Below, in pieces: positions 1-11,337 of a stretch of DNA of 64,000 nt (the stretch's first letter is position 1; the number at the start of each line of letters is the position of its first letter). Under the pieces are notes generated by a model. It saw nothing but the letters and a program-made list of their open reading frames with translations. It was not told where the DNA came from and ran no database searches. The position numbers were made by a program, and so were the translations under genes. The DNA is taken from assembly GCA_965248765.1 (NCBI GenBank), contig CBDFKF010000004.1, positions 1,301,260-1,365,259 on the forward strand. Reading direction: 5' to 3'. Origin of the DNA: Alphaproteobacteria bacterium (lineage in GTDB: Bacteria; Pseudomonadota; Alphaproteobacteria; VGEJ01).

Positions 1-130
1 CCTCGGCGGCCGTGACCTCCCTTGAGGCCAGGGTTCGGCTGTCGGGTTGGTCGAGCGGCCCCAGCTCCTTCGCAACGCTGCTATCTGATCGACCCACGGC
101 GGCCTCGTGATGGGGCGCCAGGCCGCACGG

Positions 131-502
131 TCAGGTGGCTTCGACCTGATAGCGACCGAGACCAGCACCGTCCTTGGTCCGGACGATCTTGTGGCCGCGC
201 TGGCGCCATCCCGTCAGCGCCGCCCGAACGCTGTGCGCCTGCCAGCCGGTGGCCTCGGTCAGCTCACCGATCGAAGCCCCATTGGGGCGCTCGGCCAGAC
301 TCAAGATCAGAGCGCGTTTGGTCGGACGTTGGCCGGGCCGCGATGCCGCCGCCGTGTCGACCGGGCGCTTCATCGCGCCCCCCGAGCCAGGCGCCCGCTT
401 CCGCATTCTCGTTTGAGCCGGTTTGGCGGCCTCAGTTGCGGCGCGCTTAGCCGCCGCCTTCTGTTGTTGCTTGGATGCCATTTGCAGCCTCCGTTCGGTC
501 AT
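131..502 (-). CDS. DUF3489-like phage-associated protein
   Basis: The 123-aa ORF has normal amino-acid composition. The motif 'GASIGELTEATGWQAHSVRAALTG...RKGHKI' is typical of DUF3489 proteins in Rhizobiales prophages, recalled from memory. Confidence 0.45.
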   Translation of the reverse strand: MTERRLQMASKQQQKAAAKRAATEAAKPAQTRMRKRAPGSGGAMKRPVDTAAASRPGQRPTKRALILSLAERPNGASIGELTEATGWQAHSVRAALTGWRQRGHKIVRTKDGAGLGRYQVEAT

Positions 503-872
503 CGCGCCGGAAGGGCGCTGTCACCGCTCCAAGCCCCGTCGGTCATGGCCGGGTGGGGCTTGGGGTCGCCCGGAGGCTCAACGTCCGGGGCGCAACACGA
601 CTCCATGCACGCTCTGTCCGGCGTTGAAGTCCAGTCCGAAGTCGATAGGCGGGAGGCCTTGGTGGCCGCACGCCGCGCGAGTTCATCCGGGCCCGCGAGA
701 CTTGCGTGGGCGGCTGTTCGATGGCTGCCTCAGGCCGCGCCGGGTGAAGCGACGGCACGACGCGAAGTTGTTTGCGAGATCACCTGGTAGCTGGTGACCC
801 GAATGGGTCGATCGTAATTGGGCGGCCACCACCGCCTGGCTCGAGAGCCGGCATCGCCCAGCGGCCCCCAGT

Positions 873-2333
873 CTAGAGATCGAGGTTCCACGGCGCATCA
901 GGGCGGTGGGCCGCGAGCGGCTCGCCGATCATGAAGTGCTCATCAGTGATCACAACTGGCGATTCCCACCCGAGGTATTGCGAGACGCTATCGATCTGGT
1001 CCCAGTAGCGGCTGTTGGGGAACGGCAGCAACTCGCGCTGGAACTCGTCGAGCCACGGCGCGCTCAGTGGCAGGAACACATGGCCGGCCTCGATCTTGGC
1101 GGTCTGGCCATACATGCGGATAGCCTTGTCGCCCTCCGGTTCGATCGGCTCGATCCGCAAGGCGCCCTGTTGAGGCAGTTCCTGAATCAGCTGGGTGCCC
1201 GAGGCCTTGTCCTCGATCAGAACTGCGCCGGCGTCATACTGCTCAGCCATCTCCACCACGAGCTTCCTCAGCGCCGGATACTCGAGCCGTAGCCGGCGCA
1301 CGTCGAGCAGGTAGTGGTCGTGACCACGGCGCAGCCAGGTGGTGCAGACCGAGTAGCTGCTAACATCGGTGCCCTTGGCCGCCGTATCCCAACTCTGGAC
1401 GATCAGATCGCCCTCGTGCGGCTCGGGCAGCGCCTCATAGAACCTGAACCACGACCACTTGATCAGGCCGCCCTCGAGCGGCATGGGATCCTGTTGGTAC
1501 TGTGCCGAGAAGATGGGCGAGCCTAGCGCTCGGCACAGCTGCTCCAACGTCTCGAGCGGCTCTCGCTCGGGGTGCAGCGCCTCACCCTCGCGCCGGCCGA
1601 CGGCATGGCCATGGCCGAGATCGAACCACTGGTCCTCCTCGGCGATGGCCGGCAGGTTGAGATGGTTCCAGCCGCCCTGCTCCAACAGATGGCCCACTGG
1701 ATCGTCAACGTGGAGGTGTTGCATCACCAGGATGATGACGCCGGTCTTCTTGTCGTCGAGGCGGCTCATGGCGGTATTGACGATCCACTCGACCACCGTC
1801 TGGCGGTGCGCCTCGGACAGGGCTTGATCGGCCTTCATGATGTAGTCGAGGATCAGGAAGTTGCCACCCCGCCCGGTCAGGGTGCCGCCCACCGAGGTGG
1901 CCAAGCGGAAGCCGCGTCGCGTCGTCGTCATTTCCTGCTCGGTGTTCTTGGCTCGATCGAGGCGGGTCCGCGCAAAGCTGTCGCGATACCATTGCGTCTC
2001 CATCACGGCCCGGCAGTCGCGGGCGTGTTTGAAGGCGAGGTCGCTCGAGTAGCTGGCGCAGATCACCCGGGCCGCTGGTTGGTGGCCGAGGATAAAGGCG
2101 GGAAACGCCACCGAGCAGCAGATCGACTTCAGGCTGCGGGGCGGCACGGTAATGATGAGCCGGGTGATCTTCCCATCCAGCGCCTGTTGTAGGCGGTGGG
2201 CGATCACCTCGAGGTGCCAGTTGTGGAGATAGCGCTGCCCCGGCGAGACCGTCTGGTAGGTGCGATGGATGCAGGTCGCGAGGTCGCTGCGCGTAGCCAG
2301 CGCGAGGAGATCCGGTTTACTCGTCATGGTCAT
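873..2333 (-). CDS. phage terminase large subunit
   Basis: The 486-aa ORF has an N-terminal ATPase region ('ITVPPRSLKS', Walker-A-like) and a C-terminal nuclease region, typical of GTA/prophage TerL. Its start overlaps the upstream gene as ATGA. Confidence 0.8.
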   Translation of the reverse strand: MTMTSKPDLLALATRSDLATCIHRTYQTVSPGQRYLHNWHLEVIAHRLQQALDGKITRLIITVPPRSLKSICCSVAFPAFILGHQPAARVICASYSSDLAFKHARDCRAVMETQWYRDSFARTRLDRAKNTEQEMTTTRRGFRLATSVGGTLTGRGGNFLILDYIMKADQALSEAHRQTVVEWIVNTAMSRLDDKKTGVIILVMQHLHVDDPVGHLLEQGGWNHLNLPAIAEEDQWFDLGHGHAVGRREGEALHPEREPLETLEQLCRALGSPIFSAQYQQDPMPLEGGLIKWSWFRFYEALPEPHEGDLIVQSWDTAAKGTDVSSYSVCTTWLRRGHDHYLLDVRRLRLEYPALRKLVVEMAEQYDAGAVLIEDKASGTQLIQELPQQGALRIEPIEPEGDKAIRMYGQTAKIEAGHVFLPLSAPWLDEFQRELLPFPNSRYWDQIDSVSQYLGWESPVVITDEHFMIGEPLAAHRPDAPWNLDL

Positions 2334-2785
2334 GGCTCCTCATGCCGGGTCTTCGTCGATGACCGGGCGGTTTGTTCGGGGGCGTGGAGCCCGATGCGGC
2401 CGTTGCCCCCAGTTTCGCCGACGCCCCGCGCGCGCTGGCGAAGCAGCTCGTAGACCTCCTGGTCCTCCTTGCCGAGCGGTTCGCCGGCCACGGGAGCCTC
2501 GTCGTCATCCAGCAACCGCAACATCATGTTGAGGACCGTGCTGGCAGCACGTTGGTCGCCCTGAATCGCCCTCGCCATTAGCGATTTGACAAGGGCGCGC
2601 TGTTTGCTGAGTGGCACGGCGCGCCCGTCCTCGCGAACCAAGACCCGCTCCTGATGCTCCTCACTGAGATCGGTTTTGAGGTTCTTCGTGCCCTTGGGCC
2701 GCCCGCGCGGGTTGCCCGATTGCCCCTTGGCAAAACGGCCACTACGTGGCGGCTTGCCGTAGCCGACCTCGTAATCACTCGGCAT
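2330..2785 (-). CDS. DUF5681-like phage protein (often encoded next to terminase)
   Basis: The internal Met at 'MPSDYEVGYGKPPRSGRFAKGQSGNPRGRPKG' matches the DUF5681 signature. The start overlaps the end of the upstream methylase remnant. Confidence 0.5.
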   Translation of the reverse strand: MPSDYEVGYGKPPRSGRFAKGQSGNPRGRPKGTKNLKTDLSEEHQERVLVREDGRAVPLSKQRALVKSLMARAIQGDQRAASTVLNMMLRLLDDDEAPVAGEPLGKEDQEVYELLRQRARGVGETGGNGRIGLHAPEQTARSSTKTRHEEP

Positions 2786-3804
2786 CCGCTGCCTCCATCC
2801 GCTCGGCGCGGGCCGCCGGGGCCTCGGCGATCGCATCGAATGACCGTCCGGTCTCGGCGTGCACAGCCGTGTCACCGCGCCACTCTTGCCAGCGGCGGAG
2901 GGCGACATCGACGTAACGGGGGTCCAGCTCCATGGCGAAGGCGCGCCGGCCGGTCTTCTCGGCTGCGATCACCGTGGTGCCGCCGCCGGCGAAGGAATCG
3001 AGGATGAGGCCACCATGACGCGAGCAGTCCTTGATCGCATCGGCGACCAGCGCCACCGGCTTCACCGTCGGATGCAGGGCCAGCTGGCTTCGATCATCCA
3101 CCCCCAGCGAGCTCATGCCAGGATACTCCCACACGTTGCTGCGATTGCGGCCGTGCCGGCCAAGCTCCACATTGTTGATGTGCGGCGCGGTGCCGCTCTT
3201 GAACACCATCACCAGCTCGTGTTGGGAGCGGTAGAGGCTGCCCATACCGGCGTTGTCCTTGGCCCAGACACAGAGGTTCTTGAACTCGGTGTAGGCCGCG
3301 CGCGCGGCCCCGAGCGCCTCGCCGAGGTGACGCCAATCCATGCAGACGAAGTGAATCGCGCCATCGACGCTGTGGGTCCGCCTCGGCTCCGTGGTTCTCG
3401 ATGACGAGGTCGGTCTCGGCGGTGGTGAAGCCGGTGATGGTGAGGTCGAACGCGGTCTCGATCTCCAGCAGATGCTGCGGCTCGATGGCCAGGATCTCGC
3501 GGTCCCAGCCGGCATTCTCGGCAAGCTTGTTGTCGGCCAGGATGTAGGCCCGTCGCTCGGCCTCGCTCAGATGCTCGAGGCGCACCGTTGGCACGTCCTC
3601 CAGCCCCAGGAGCTTTGCCGCTTCGACCCGGCCGTGACCGGCGATGATCCGGTCCTCGCCGTCGATCAGCACCGGATTGTTGAACCCGAATTGATCGATG
3701 CTGTCGGCGATCTGGCGGAGCTGACGGCGCGAGTGCGTGCGTGCGTTGCGCTCATGCGGATGCAGCTCTAGGATGTGCCGGTACTCTATCTTGATAACCG
3801 ACAT
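2775..3804 (-). pseudogene. ParB-like nuclease domain / DNA methyltransferase fusion, internally deleted (catalytic DPPY region missing) and frameshifted
   Basis: ORF 3094..3804 (minus strand) is a ParB N-terminal domain ('IEYRHILELHPHERNARTHS...PVLIDGEDRIIAGHGRVEAAKLLGL'), credible up to '...TGFTTAETDLVIENHGAE'. ORF 2775..3524 (minus strand), in another frame, is credible only from 'DGAIHFVCMDWRHL...NLCVWAKDNAGMGSLYRSQHELVMVF...HPTVKPVALVADAIKDCS...'. About 130-150 aa that normally lie between them (S-AdoMet/DPPY motif) are absent. Confidence 0.65.
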
Positions 3805-3902
3805 AGCCGCCCTACCTTATTTAGTGGCATGGCACATTTGATCATGGATTCGAGACCACCGATTAAGAGGCTGAAAGTCGCGGAAATGCTTGAGTTGGAG
3901 CA

Positions 3903-4292
3903 ATGAGCAGGGGGATGCAGAAGCGCTGTCCGCTCACCGAGGTCCCGCTGGCGCGGCTCGATCGCGTGTCAGAGGAGTGCCTGACTGACGAGGGCTACGT
4001 CGACGTAGCTGAACGGTTTCCGGACAGCAACCTGTTCTGCGTGAGATCAATCGCCGCCGTGGGCGGGTTCCGCGATACCGCGTACTTCCGGGACGTAATG
4101 CTCTCGAACCCCGACTGCCCGATCCACGTCCACCGCCTCGTTCTCAAAGACGAGCTCACGGGGCAGAGCGCTGCCGAGGTCTACGCCACGCACCAGAACT
4201 CGGCGCACTACGGCGGTCAAATGTGGCACAAGCTGCAGCGTGAAGCGGCCCGAAGCAGGGCCACTCAGTGCAATAGCCTTCAGGCGGGTTAG
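3903..4292 (+). CDS. hypothetical protein (orphan, lower-GC neighbourhood)
   Basis: The 129-aa ORF has protein-like composition but no motif I recognise. It sits between the prophage remnant and the IS, and the region 3.78-3.9 kb is visibly less GC-rich. Confidence 0.35.
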   Translation: MSRGMQKRCPLTEVPLARLDRVSEECLTDEGYVDVAERFPDSNLFCVRSIAAVGGFRDTAYFRDVMLSNPDCPIHVHRLVLKDELTGQSAAEVYATHQNSAHYGGQMWHKLQREAARSRATQCNSLQAG

Positions 4293-4389
4293 GCAGGCGC
4301 GACGTCCGCTTTACCGTTCCTGACGTCAGCTTAGCGCCCGGGAGCGGACGTCAAATCACCCCTTCCCGCGAGGCCGCTGTGGGTCTTGG

Positions 4390-5992
4390 TTATGTAAGAA
4401 CGCGGCGGCGTTGGCGGTCGGACGTAGCGGCCCGAGGCTGATGTGAGCGAGCCGTTCCATCTAGCTCAGTGGTCAACCTGAGTCATCTAAGAGAAGCTCG
4501 GGTCGGGCGGTCTGGCGTTTCGTGGGCGTTGGAGCCAGGAAGTTGCGTTTCCTATGCCCTGATGGCCGCGATCAGCAGCCCGGTGCCGAGGATGTTCATG
4601 ACACGGGTGAGGTTATAGGCGAGTACGTGCAGCGCCATCTCGGTGCTGACGCGTTGTGAGCGTCTTCATCAGGAAGTGGGTTGCGCGCCCATCGGGGCTT
4701 TGATCGTGCCGAAGGGATGCTCGACCGTCTCGCGGCGCTGGCGCATCTTCTCCGGATGCTCGTCGAGCCGCCTCTGAACAGCCTCGAGAACATGCTCGTA
4801 CTCGTGATCCGGCGCTCTCTGCCCGTGGTGCAGCGGTGCTTGATGGCGCAGCTCAGACACGCGTTGGTCCAGTAGCGGCGTAAGGCCAGGCCCTTTTCCT
4901 CAGTCGTGTATCGATACCTCAGCCTTTCGTTGGCCGGGCAGATGTAGATGTCCTTTTGCGCCACATAGCGGCCGGAGGTCTGCGGCTTGGGAAGCGTGAC
5001 CGTGATGGCGGCGTCTTCGCACGCCAGGATCTCCGCACTGTTGAAGTAGCCCCGGTCGGCGACGACATCCAAGGTGTCCGCCCCCAGCGTCGCTTTCGTC
5101 TGCTTGGCCATGCGGGCGAGCTGGGACCGGTCGGTGCCGACGTTGGTCACCTCGTGGGCAACGATCAGATGATGCTTGGTGTCGACGGCGGCTTGCACGT
5201 TGTAGCCGACGACGCCCGACCGCTGGTCGCCATCGAGCGAGCGTCGGGATCGGTTAGAGAGATCTGCTGGTCCGGCCTCTCGCGCATCCGCGCCTCGAGC
5301 CCCTTGAGGCGCTGCATCTCTTGCCTGAGCCTGGCAATCTTCTCGTGCAGACGGACCGTCTTGGTCGTGCGTGCCAGAGACGGCTCTTGCCGGTCGGCGC
5401 TGTCCAGCTGGTGCAGGTAGCGCGACACGCTGATCCAGGCGCCGCGTCATCTTGGCTCGCGTGAAGTTCCTGTCTCGGTTGTTCACTGCCTTGAACTTGC
5501 TGCCATCGATCGCAACGCGGGCTTCGGCAAACAGACCGAGCGTGCGGCACAGAGCGACGAACCGGGCACAGACCTGACGGATGGCGCGACCATTGTCCTT
5601 GTTGCGGAAGTCGGCGATCGTCTTGTGATCGGGAGCCAGGCGGCCGGTTAGCCACATCACTTCCACGTTGCGCCCGGCTTCCCGCTCAAGCCGGCGGCTC
5701 GATTGGACCCGATTGAGATAGCCGTAGATGTACAGCTTCAGCAGAACCGACGGATGATACGCAGGCCGGCCGGTATCCTTCGGCGCGACACGGCTGAAGC
5801 CAAGCTCAGCTAGATCCAGCTCCTCGACAAAGACATCGATCACCCGAACCGCATTGTCCTCGCCAATCCAGTCGTCCAAGCACTCCGGGAACAAAGTGCG
5901 CTGCCCGCGATCGGTCCCTTCAACGAAACGCCCCATACGATCTCCCCGCTCAGACCACCGAAGAATCATATCAGGCAAGCGTTCTTACACAG
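4390..5992 (-). mobile_element. IS1182-family insertion sequence (degenerate)
   Basis: The transposase reading frame is split (see next feature). Imperfect terminal inverted repeats 'TGTAAGAACGC' lie at ~4393-4403 and, reverse-complemented, at ~5979-5989. The ~1.6 kb size fits IS1182. Confidence 0.6.
4558..5978 (-). pseudogene. IS1182-family (IS5-like) transposase, multiply frameshifted
   Basis: The main ORF 4596..5978 has the InsH-like N-terminus. The coiled-coil middle ('LHEKIARLRQEMQRLKGLEARMRERPDQQISLTDPDARSMATSGRA') sits in ORF 5165..5428 in another frame. The conserved C-terminus 'ETVEHPFGTIK' sits in ORF 4669..4860, and 'LAYNLTRVMNILGTGLLIAAIRA' continues to ~4558. Confidence 0.7.
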
Positions 5993-6439
5993 CCAGGGTC
6001 ATAAGCGGACTTGGCGATCTCGCGCGCGCCAGTCCGGTTGTGGGTGATTAGCGGACTCGCCGACGTCTGCTCGTGGGCCAGCATAGGGTGGAATCAAACG
6101 CCCTCACCACCAGGGGCGAATTCGGTGATGATTCCCTGTTATTCCCTGCTCCTTATCGTCGCCGACACGCTGCAAACGCGCCGAGAACAAAGGATTCCCG
6201 GCACAGACCAACGCCGCGCACGGCCACGATGCGTCCAAATTCCCTGTATTTTCCCTGCAAAACAGGGAATGTGGATGGAGAGACGAGTTCGCAATGGACT
6301 GCCCGCACCGCCATGATTTGCGTGACTCTCGCTCAATCCGCCGTGCGCGCTGACCCTGCCGCCACGCAGTCCGCCGGCCGCGTAGCCGCCAGCCCAATCG
6401 GTCGACCAGCACCACCGCGCCACCGTGACCGCTTTCCAA

Positions 6440-6844
6440 CTACGTTGGGTCGGCTGGTACGACCGCTGTCGCTTCGATCTCGACTTTTGCACATGCTTCG
6501 AGCAACCCGGCGACCTCAATCAGGGTCATGGCCGGATAGTTGTGGCCGATCAACTCGACATAGATGCGGCCGAGCTCCTGTCGCCGGGTGAGATACTCCG
6601 CTTTATCAACCACATACCAGGTCATGCGGACGAGGTGAGCGGGGGGCGCGTCGGCCTCGGCCAGCACGGCGATAGTGTTGGCGAGCGCTTGACGCGCCTG
6701 GTCCACAAAGTCGTCGCTTGCGAACGTCTCGGTCGACGGGTCCCAGCCGACCTGGCCGGCAACGAACACGAACCGGCCCTCGGCGAGGATGCCGTGGGCA
6801 TAGCCCCGCGGGCGTGCCCAACCGTCAGGTGCAAGACTTCTCAT
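6440..6844 (-). CDS. RidA/YjgF family reactive-enamine/imine deaminase
   Basis: The 134-aa protein has the typical RidA length and motifs ('FVFVAGQVGWDP...', C-terminal 'IEVEATAV'). Confidence 0.8.
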   Translation of the reverse strand: MRSLAPDGWARPRGYAHGILAEGRFVFVAGQVGWDPSTETFASDDFVDQARQALANTIAVLAEADAPPAHLVRMTWYVVDKAEYLTRRQELGRIYVELIGHNYPAMTLIEVAGLLEACAKVEIEATAVVPADPT

Positions 6845-7278
6845 TTCGCGGTCGCCCGTTCGCTCTCGTCCCGCAGGTACCCGGACATCGCCGCGCGTAG
6901 CTCCGTCGGGATGGGGCGCGATCGCATGTCGGCAAGAGAGACGTAGACAAAGACAAGGATGCCCTCAAGCCGCTTCTCATCGCCGCATGTCGCGCCCACG
7001 GATATGGTGACGGCGCTGCCGCCGATCTCCCTAACGCCAAGCGTAAACCGCAAGAGATCGCCCAGTCGGCACGGTTGGAGGAATTCAGCTTCGACGCGTA
7101 CCGCCGGGACCCCGCATCTGAGCTCCCCGTGCAGTTGCCTGAAGCTGCAATCCAATCCCCGGTCGAACCACTCCTCGATCACTTCGTTGAACATCTCGAA
7201 ATAGCGGGGATAGAAGATCAGGCCGGCCTGATCGACATGCGAGAAGCGCACGCGGATATCGACGACGAAAACGGCCAT
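6841..7278 (-). CDS. hotdog-fold acyl-CoA thioesterase (4HBT/YbgC-like)
   Basis: The credible protein begins at internal Met 'MAVFVVDIRVRFSHVDQAGLIFYPRYFEMF...'. The upstream part of the listed ORF is an alternative frame of the ligase gene. Confidence 0.7.
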   Translation of the reverse strand: MAVFVVDIRVRFSHVDQAGLIFYPRYFEMFNEVIEEWFDRGLDCSFRQLHGELRCGVPAVRVEAEFLQPCRLGDLLRFTLGVREIGGSAVTISVGATCGDEKRLEGILVFVYVSLADMRSRPIPTELRAAMSGYLRDESERATAK

Positions 7279-7288
7279 GCGGCGCGCT

Positions 7289-8823
7289 TCAGGTTTGCTC
7301 AGCGTGACCGGGGGCAGCCCTGGCGAGCTCGACCTCGCGCTGGCGTAAGACGAATCGCTGGATCTTGCCGGTGCCCGATTTAGGCAGCGCATCGAGGAAC
7401 TCGACAGCGCGCGGATATTTGTAGGGTGCGATGCGCTGCTTGACGAAGTCTTGCAGTTCAGCCGCGAGGTCCGCATTCGCAGCGCGGTCCTGAGCCGCGA
7501 TGACGAACGCTTTGACGATGTGTCCTCGCTCGGTGTCCGGAGCCGCCACCACGGCGCATTCGGCGACGCCCGGGTGCTCGAGAAGTACTGCTTCAACTTC
7601 CGGGCCAGCGATGTTGTAGCCGGCCGAGACGATCATGTCGTCAGCGCGCGCTTGGAACCAGAAGTACCCGTCCTCGTCCATCCTGTAGGCATCGCCGGTG
7701 ACATTCCAGCCGTCAAAGACGTAGCCTTTTTGGCGCTCATCCGCGAGGTAGCGGCAGCCCGTGGGCCCGCGAACGGCGAGTCGCCCCACCGAGCCGGTAG
7801 GTAGCGGTCGACCGTCGTCATCGAGAACGCGTGCCTTGTAGCCCGGCACAACTCGGCCGGTCGCCCCCGGCCGGATCTCCGACTCGGGCGAGGAGATGAA
7901 GATGTGCAGAATCTCTGTCGCCCCGATGCCGTCAATGATCCTGATGCCGGTCGCGTCCTCCCACGCCTGGAACACTGGTACAGGCAGGGTCTCGCCGGCG
8001 GAGACGCATTTGGTGAGGCTCGACAACTCCGCCGAGCTTGCCTGCGAGAGCATGGCCCGGTAGGCGAGCGGCGTTGAGAAGCAGACCGTCGCCTTGAACC
8101 GGGCGATCGCGTCCGCCAGCAGCTCGGGGCTCGCCCGCAATATCGAGCGCGGAAAACAATCGCAGATCGCCATCACGTCCCGATGGAAATGTAGGGTCCC
8201 CTTGGGCACCCCAGTCGTGCCGGAGGTGAAAGCGATCAGCACCACATCGTCGGAAGCTGTATCGCAGGCGGTGAACGTGCCGTCCTTGGTCTCCATCAAG
8301 CGTTCCAGCTCGGCCTCGGGCCGCCCGAAGGGGACGAGGCGGCTGAGCACCGGCGCGCTCGTCTGCGCCGATGCGAGCTCCTCACACAGGTCCTCATCGC
8401 ACAGCGCCAGTCCGACCTGTGCCTTGTCGATGATCGCGGCGAGCTCGCGCGCGCGCAGAAGCGGCATAACGGCGACAACCACGCCGCCGGCCTTAGCGAC
8501 GGCCAGCCAGCATGCCGCCATCATCGGATTGTTCGCCGATCGGAGCAGAACTCGGTTGCCGGGGACGAGACCCAGATCGTCGACCAGAACGGCGGCGATA
8601 CGGTTCGTATGGTCGAGGAGATCGGCGTAGGTCCAGCTCACGCCGGGTGCCCGCAGACATGGCTTGTCGCCGAGACCCCGCTCAACGGTCCGATCGAGGA
8701 GCTCGATCGCGCAATTGAGCCGGTCTGGATACTGAAGCTCCGGTCGATCGAACAGGAACTCAGGCCACTCGGCCTGGGGCGGGAGGTTGTCGTGTGCGAA
8801 GGTGTCGCGATGGGCACTGGGCG

Positions 8824-8827
<4 letters not shown>
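7289..8827 (-). CDS. aryl-CoA ligase (AMP-binding; 2-aminobenzoate/benzoate-CoA ligase-like)
   Basis: The 512-aa protein has the AMP-binding motif '[10 protein letters not shown]' and a C-terminal 'GKIQR'. It lies next to the ACMR-like gene. Confidence 0.8.
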
Positions 8828-10010
<1,183 letters not shown>

Positions 10011-10014
<4 letters not shown>

Positions 10015-10766
10015 TCGCCCTCGAACACCGGTTCGCGCTTCTCGACAAATGCGCGAAAAGCACGCTCGAAGTCCTTAGTTTGCATGCAGATGGCCTGGGC
10101 TTCCGCCTCGGCGTCAATCGCCGCGTCCAAGGCCATGTCCCACTCCCGGTCGAGCATGGTCTTGGTCATCATGTGGGCGAAGGTGGGCCCGCGGGCCAGT
10201 TGCCGGGCCAGGCTCATTGCCTCGTCAAGAGCCGTGCCCGCCGAGCACAGCCGATTATAGAAGCCCCAGCGCTCGGCCTCCTCTGCCTCCATCATGCGCC
10301 CGGTAAACAACAGCTCGGCGGCACGACCGAAACCGACGATGCGCGGCAACATAGCGCAGGCCCCCATGTCACAGCCGGCGAGGCCGATCCGCACGAACAG
10401 AAATCCGACCCGACTTCCCGCGGCGCCCACCCGGGTATCGCAGGCCATGGCGATAGCCGCTCCGGCGCCGACGCAGACGCCCTCGACAGCGGCGATGATC
10501 GGCTGCGGACACCCGCGCATAGCCTTGACGAGAGCGCCTGTCATGCGCGTGAAATCGAGCAACCCCGGCGTATCGCGCCCGACCAACGGGCCGATGATTT
10601 CGTGCACATCGCCGCCTGAGCAGAAGTTCCCACCGGCACCAGTGACGACCACCGTGCGCACGTCGCTCGCGCCACGAAGTGCTTGGAAACAGTCGCGCAG
10701 CTCGGCATATGAATCGAAGGTGAGCGGGTTCTTCCGCTCCGGTCGATTGAGAGTGACCGTGCCCAC
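10011..10766 (-). CDS. enoyl-CoA hydratase/isomerase (crotonase), N-terminus compromised
   Basis: It has the crotonase motifs '[11 protein letters not shown]' and 'GGDVHE'. The listed ORF starts at a GTG only 5 residues before 'TLNRPE'. An in-frame ATG at 10814 followed by a TGA at 10784-10782 lies upstream (see findings). Confidence 0.7.
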
Positions 10767-10819
10767 GCCATCGCTCAGCGATCATCGGAAGTGCGTCGGT
10801 CTGTAGTCCCGCATGCTTG

Positions 10820-11332
10820 TCATATCATCTCCGCCTCGCCGTGCTGCTCGATCGCCCGCCGTGTCTTGTCCAGCGAGGCGATCAAGTCCGCGACGTCCTC
10901 CTCCGCGAGCGGTCCCAAAAGCTCGCCGATCCACGCCTCGTGCGCCTCGGCCATGGTCGTGAAGGCCGCCCGTCCCGCATCGGTCAGTGCCACGATCGAG
11001 GCACGTCGATCGTGATCGGGCGACCAGCGATGAACCAGGCCGCTCTCGACCAGCCTCGCAATCAGACCGGTGAGATTGCCGTTCGACACCATCAACCGTG
11101 CCGACAGCTCGCCCAGCGTCAAGCCGTCCGGAGCGCGGTCGAGAGCGGCCAGCGCGTCGAACCGCGGCAGCGTCGTGGCGAAGCGCTCCCGCAGCCGCGT
11201 GCGCACCTCGCGCTCAACGAGCGTCGAGCACATCAACAGGCGTAACCACAGCCGTAATCGCTGTTTGTACGCGTCTCGCGCGCCGTCATCGGCGGTCGCC
11301 GCTCGCGCTCCAGTGAGGGATTCGTTCAACAT
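10820..11332 (-). CDS. MarR family transcriptional regulator
   Basis: The winged-helix MarR core is 'LTLGELSARLMVSNGNLTGLIARLVESGLV'. Internal Met 'MLNESL' is preceded by AGGAGG, so it is the likely true start. Confidence 0.8.
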   Translation of the reverse strand: MLNESLTGARAATADDGARDAYKQRLRLWLRLLMCSTLVEREVRTRLRERFATTLPRFDALAALDRAPDGLTLGELSARLMVSNGNLTGLIARLVESGLVHRWSPDHDRRASIVALTDAGRAAFTTMAEAHEAWIGELLGPLAEEDVADLIASLDKTRRAIEQHGEAEMI

Positions 11333-11337
11333 TCCTC

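Larger units (their letters stand above)
1..3804 (-). mobile_element. prophage / GTA-like remnant (DUF3489, TerL, DUF5681, ParB-MTase); extends beyond the window start
   Basis: All identifiable genes are phage-type, run on one strand and overlap translationally. No portal or capsid genes follow TerL inside the window. Confidence 0.5.

Noticed and set aside
22-898. Cluster of 70-230-aa overlapping ORFs on both strands at the window start (22..450, 107..790, 423..797 and others)
   Set aside because: They are mutually overlapping Arg/Ala/Pro-rich translations typical of non-coding frames in 65% GC DNA. Only the minus-strand 131..502 ORF has protein-like composition.
906-2192. Plus-strand ORFs 906..1292 and 1572..2192 (128 and 206 aa)
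   Set aside because: They are antisense to the terminase large-subunit gene, which has clear family motifs. Their composition is rich in R/H/L/G.
10782-10784. Reading the in-frame TGA of the hydratase as selenocysteine
   Set aside because: The position (codon 11, before the first beta-strand) is not a catalytic site. Crotonases are not selenoproteins, and no obvious downstream stem-loop was seen.
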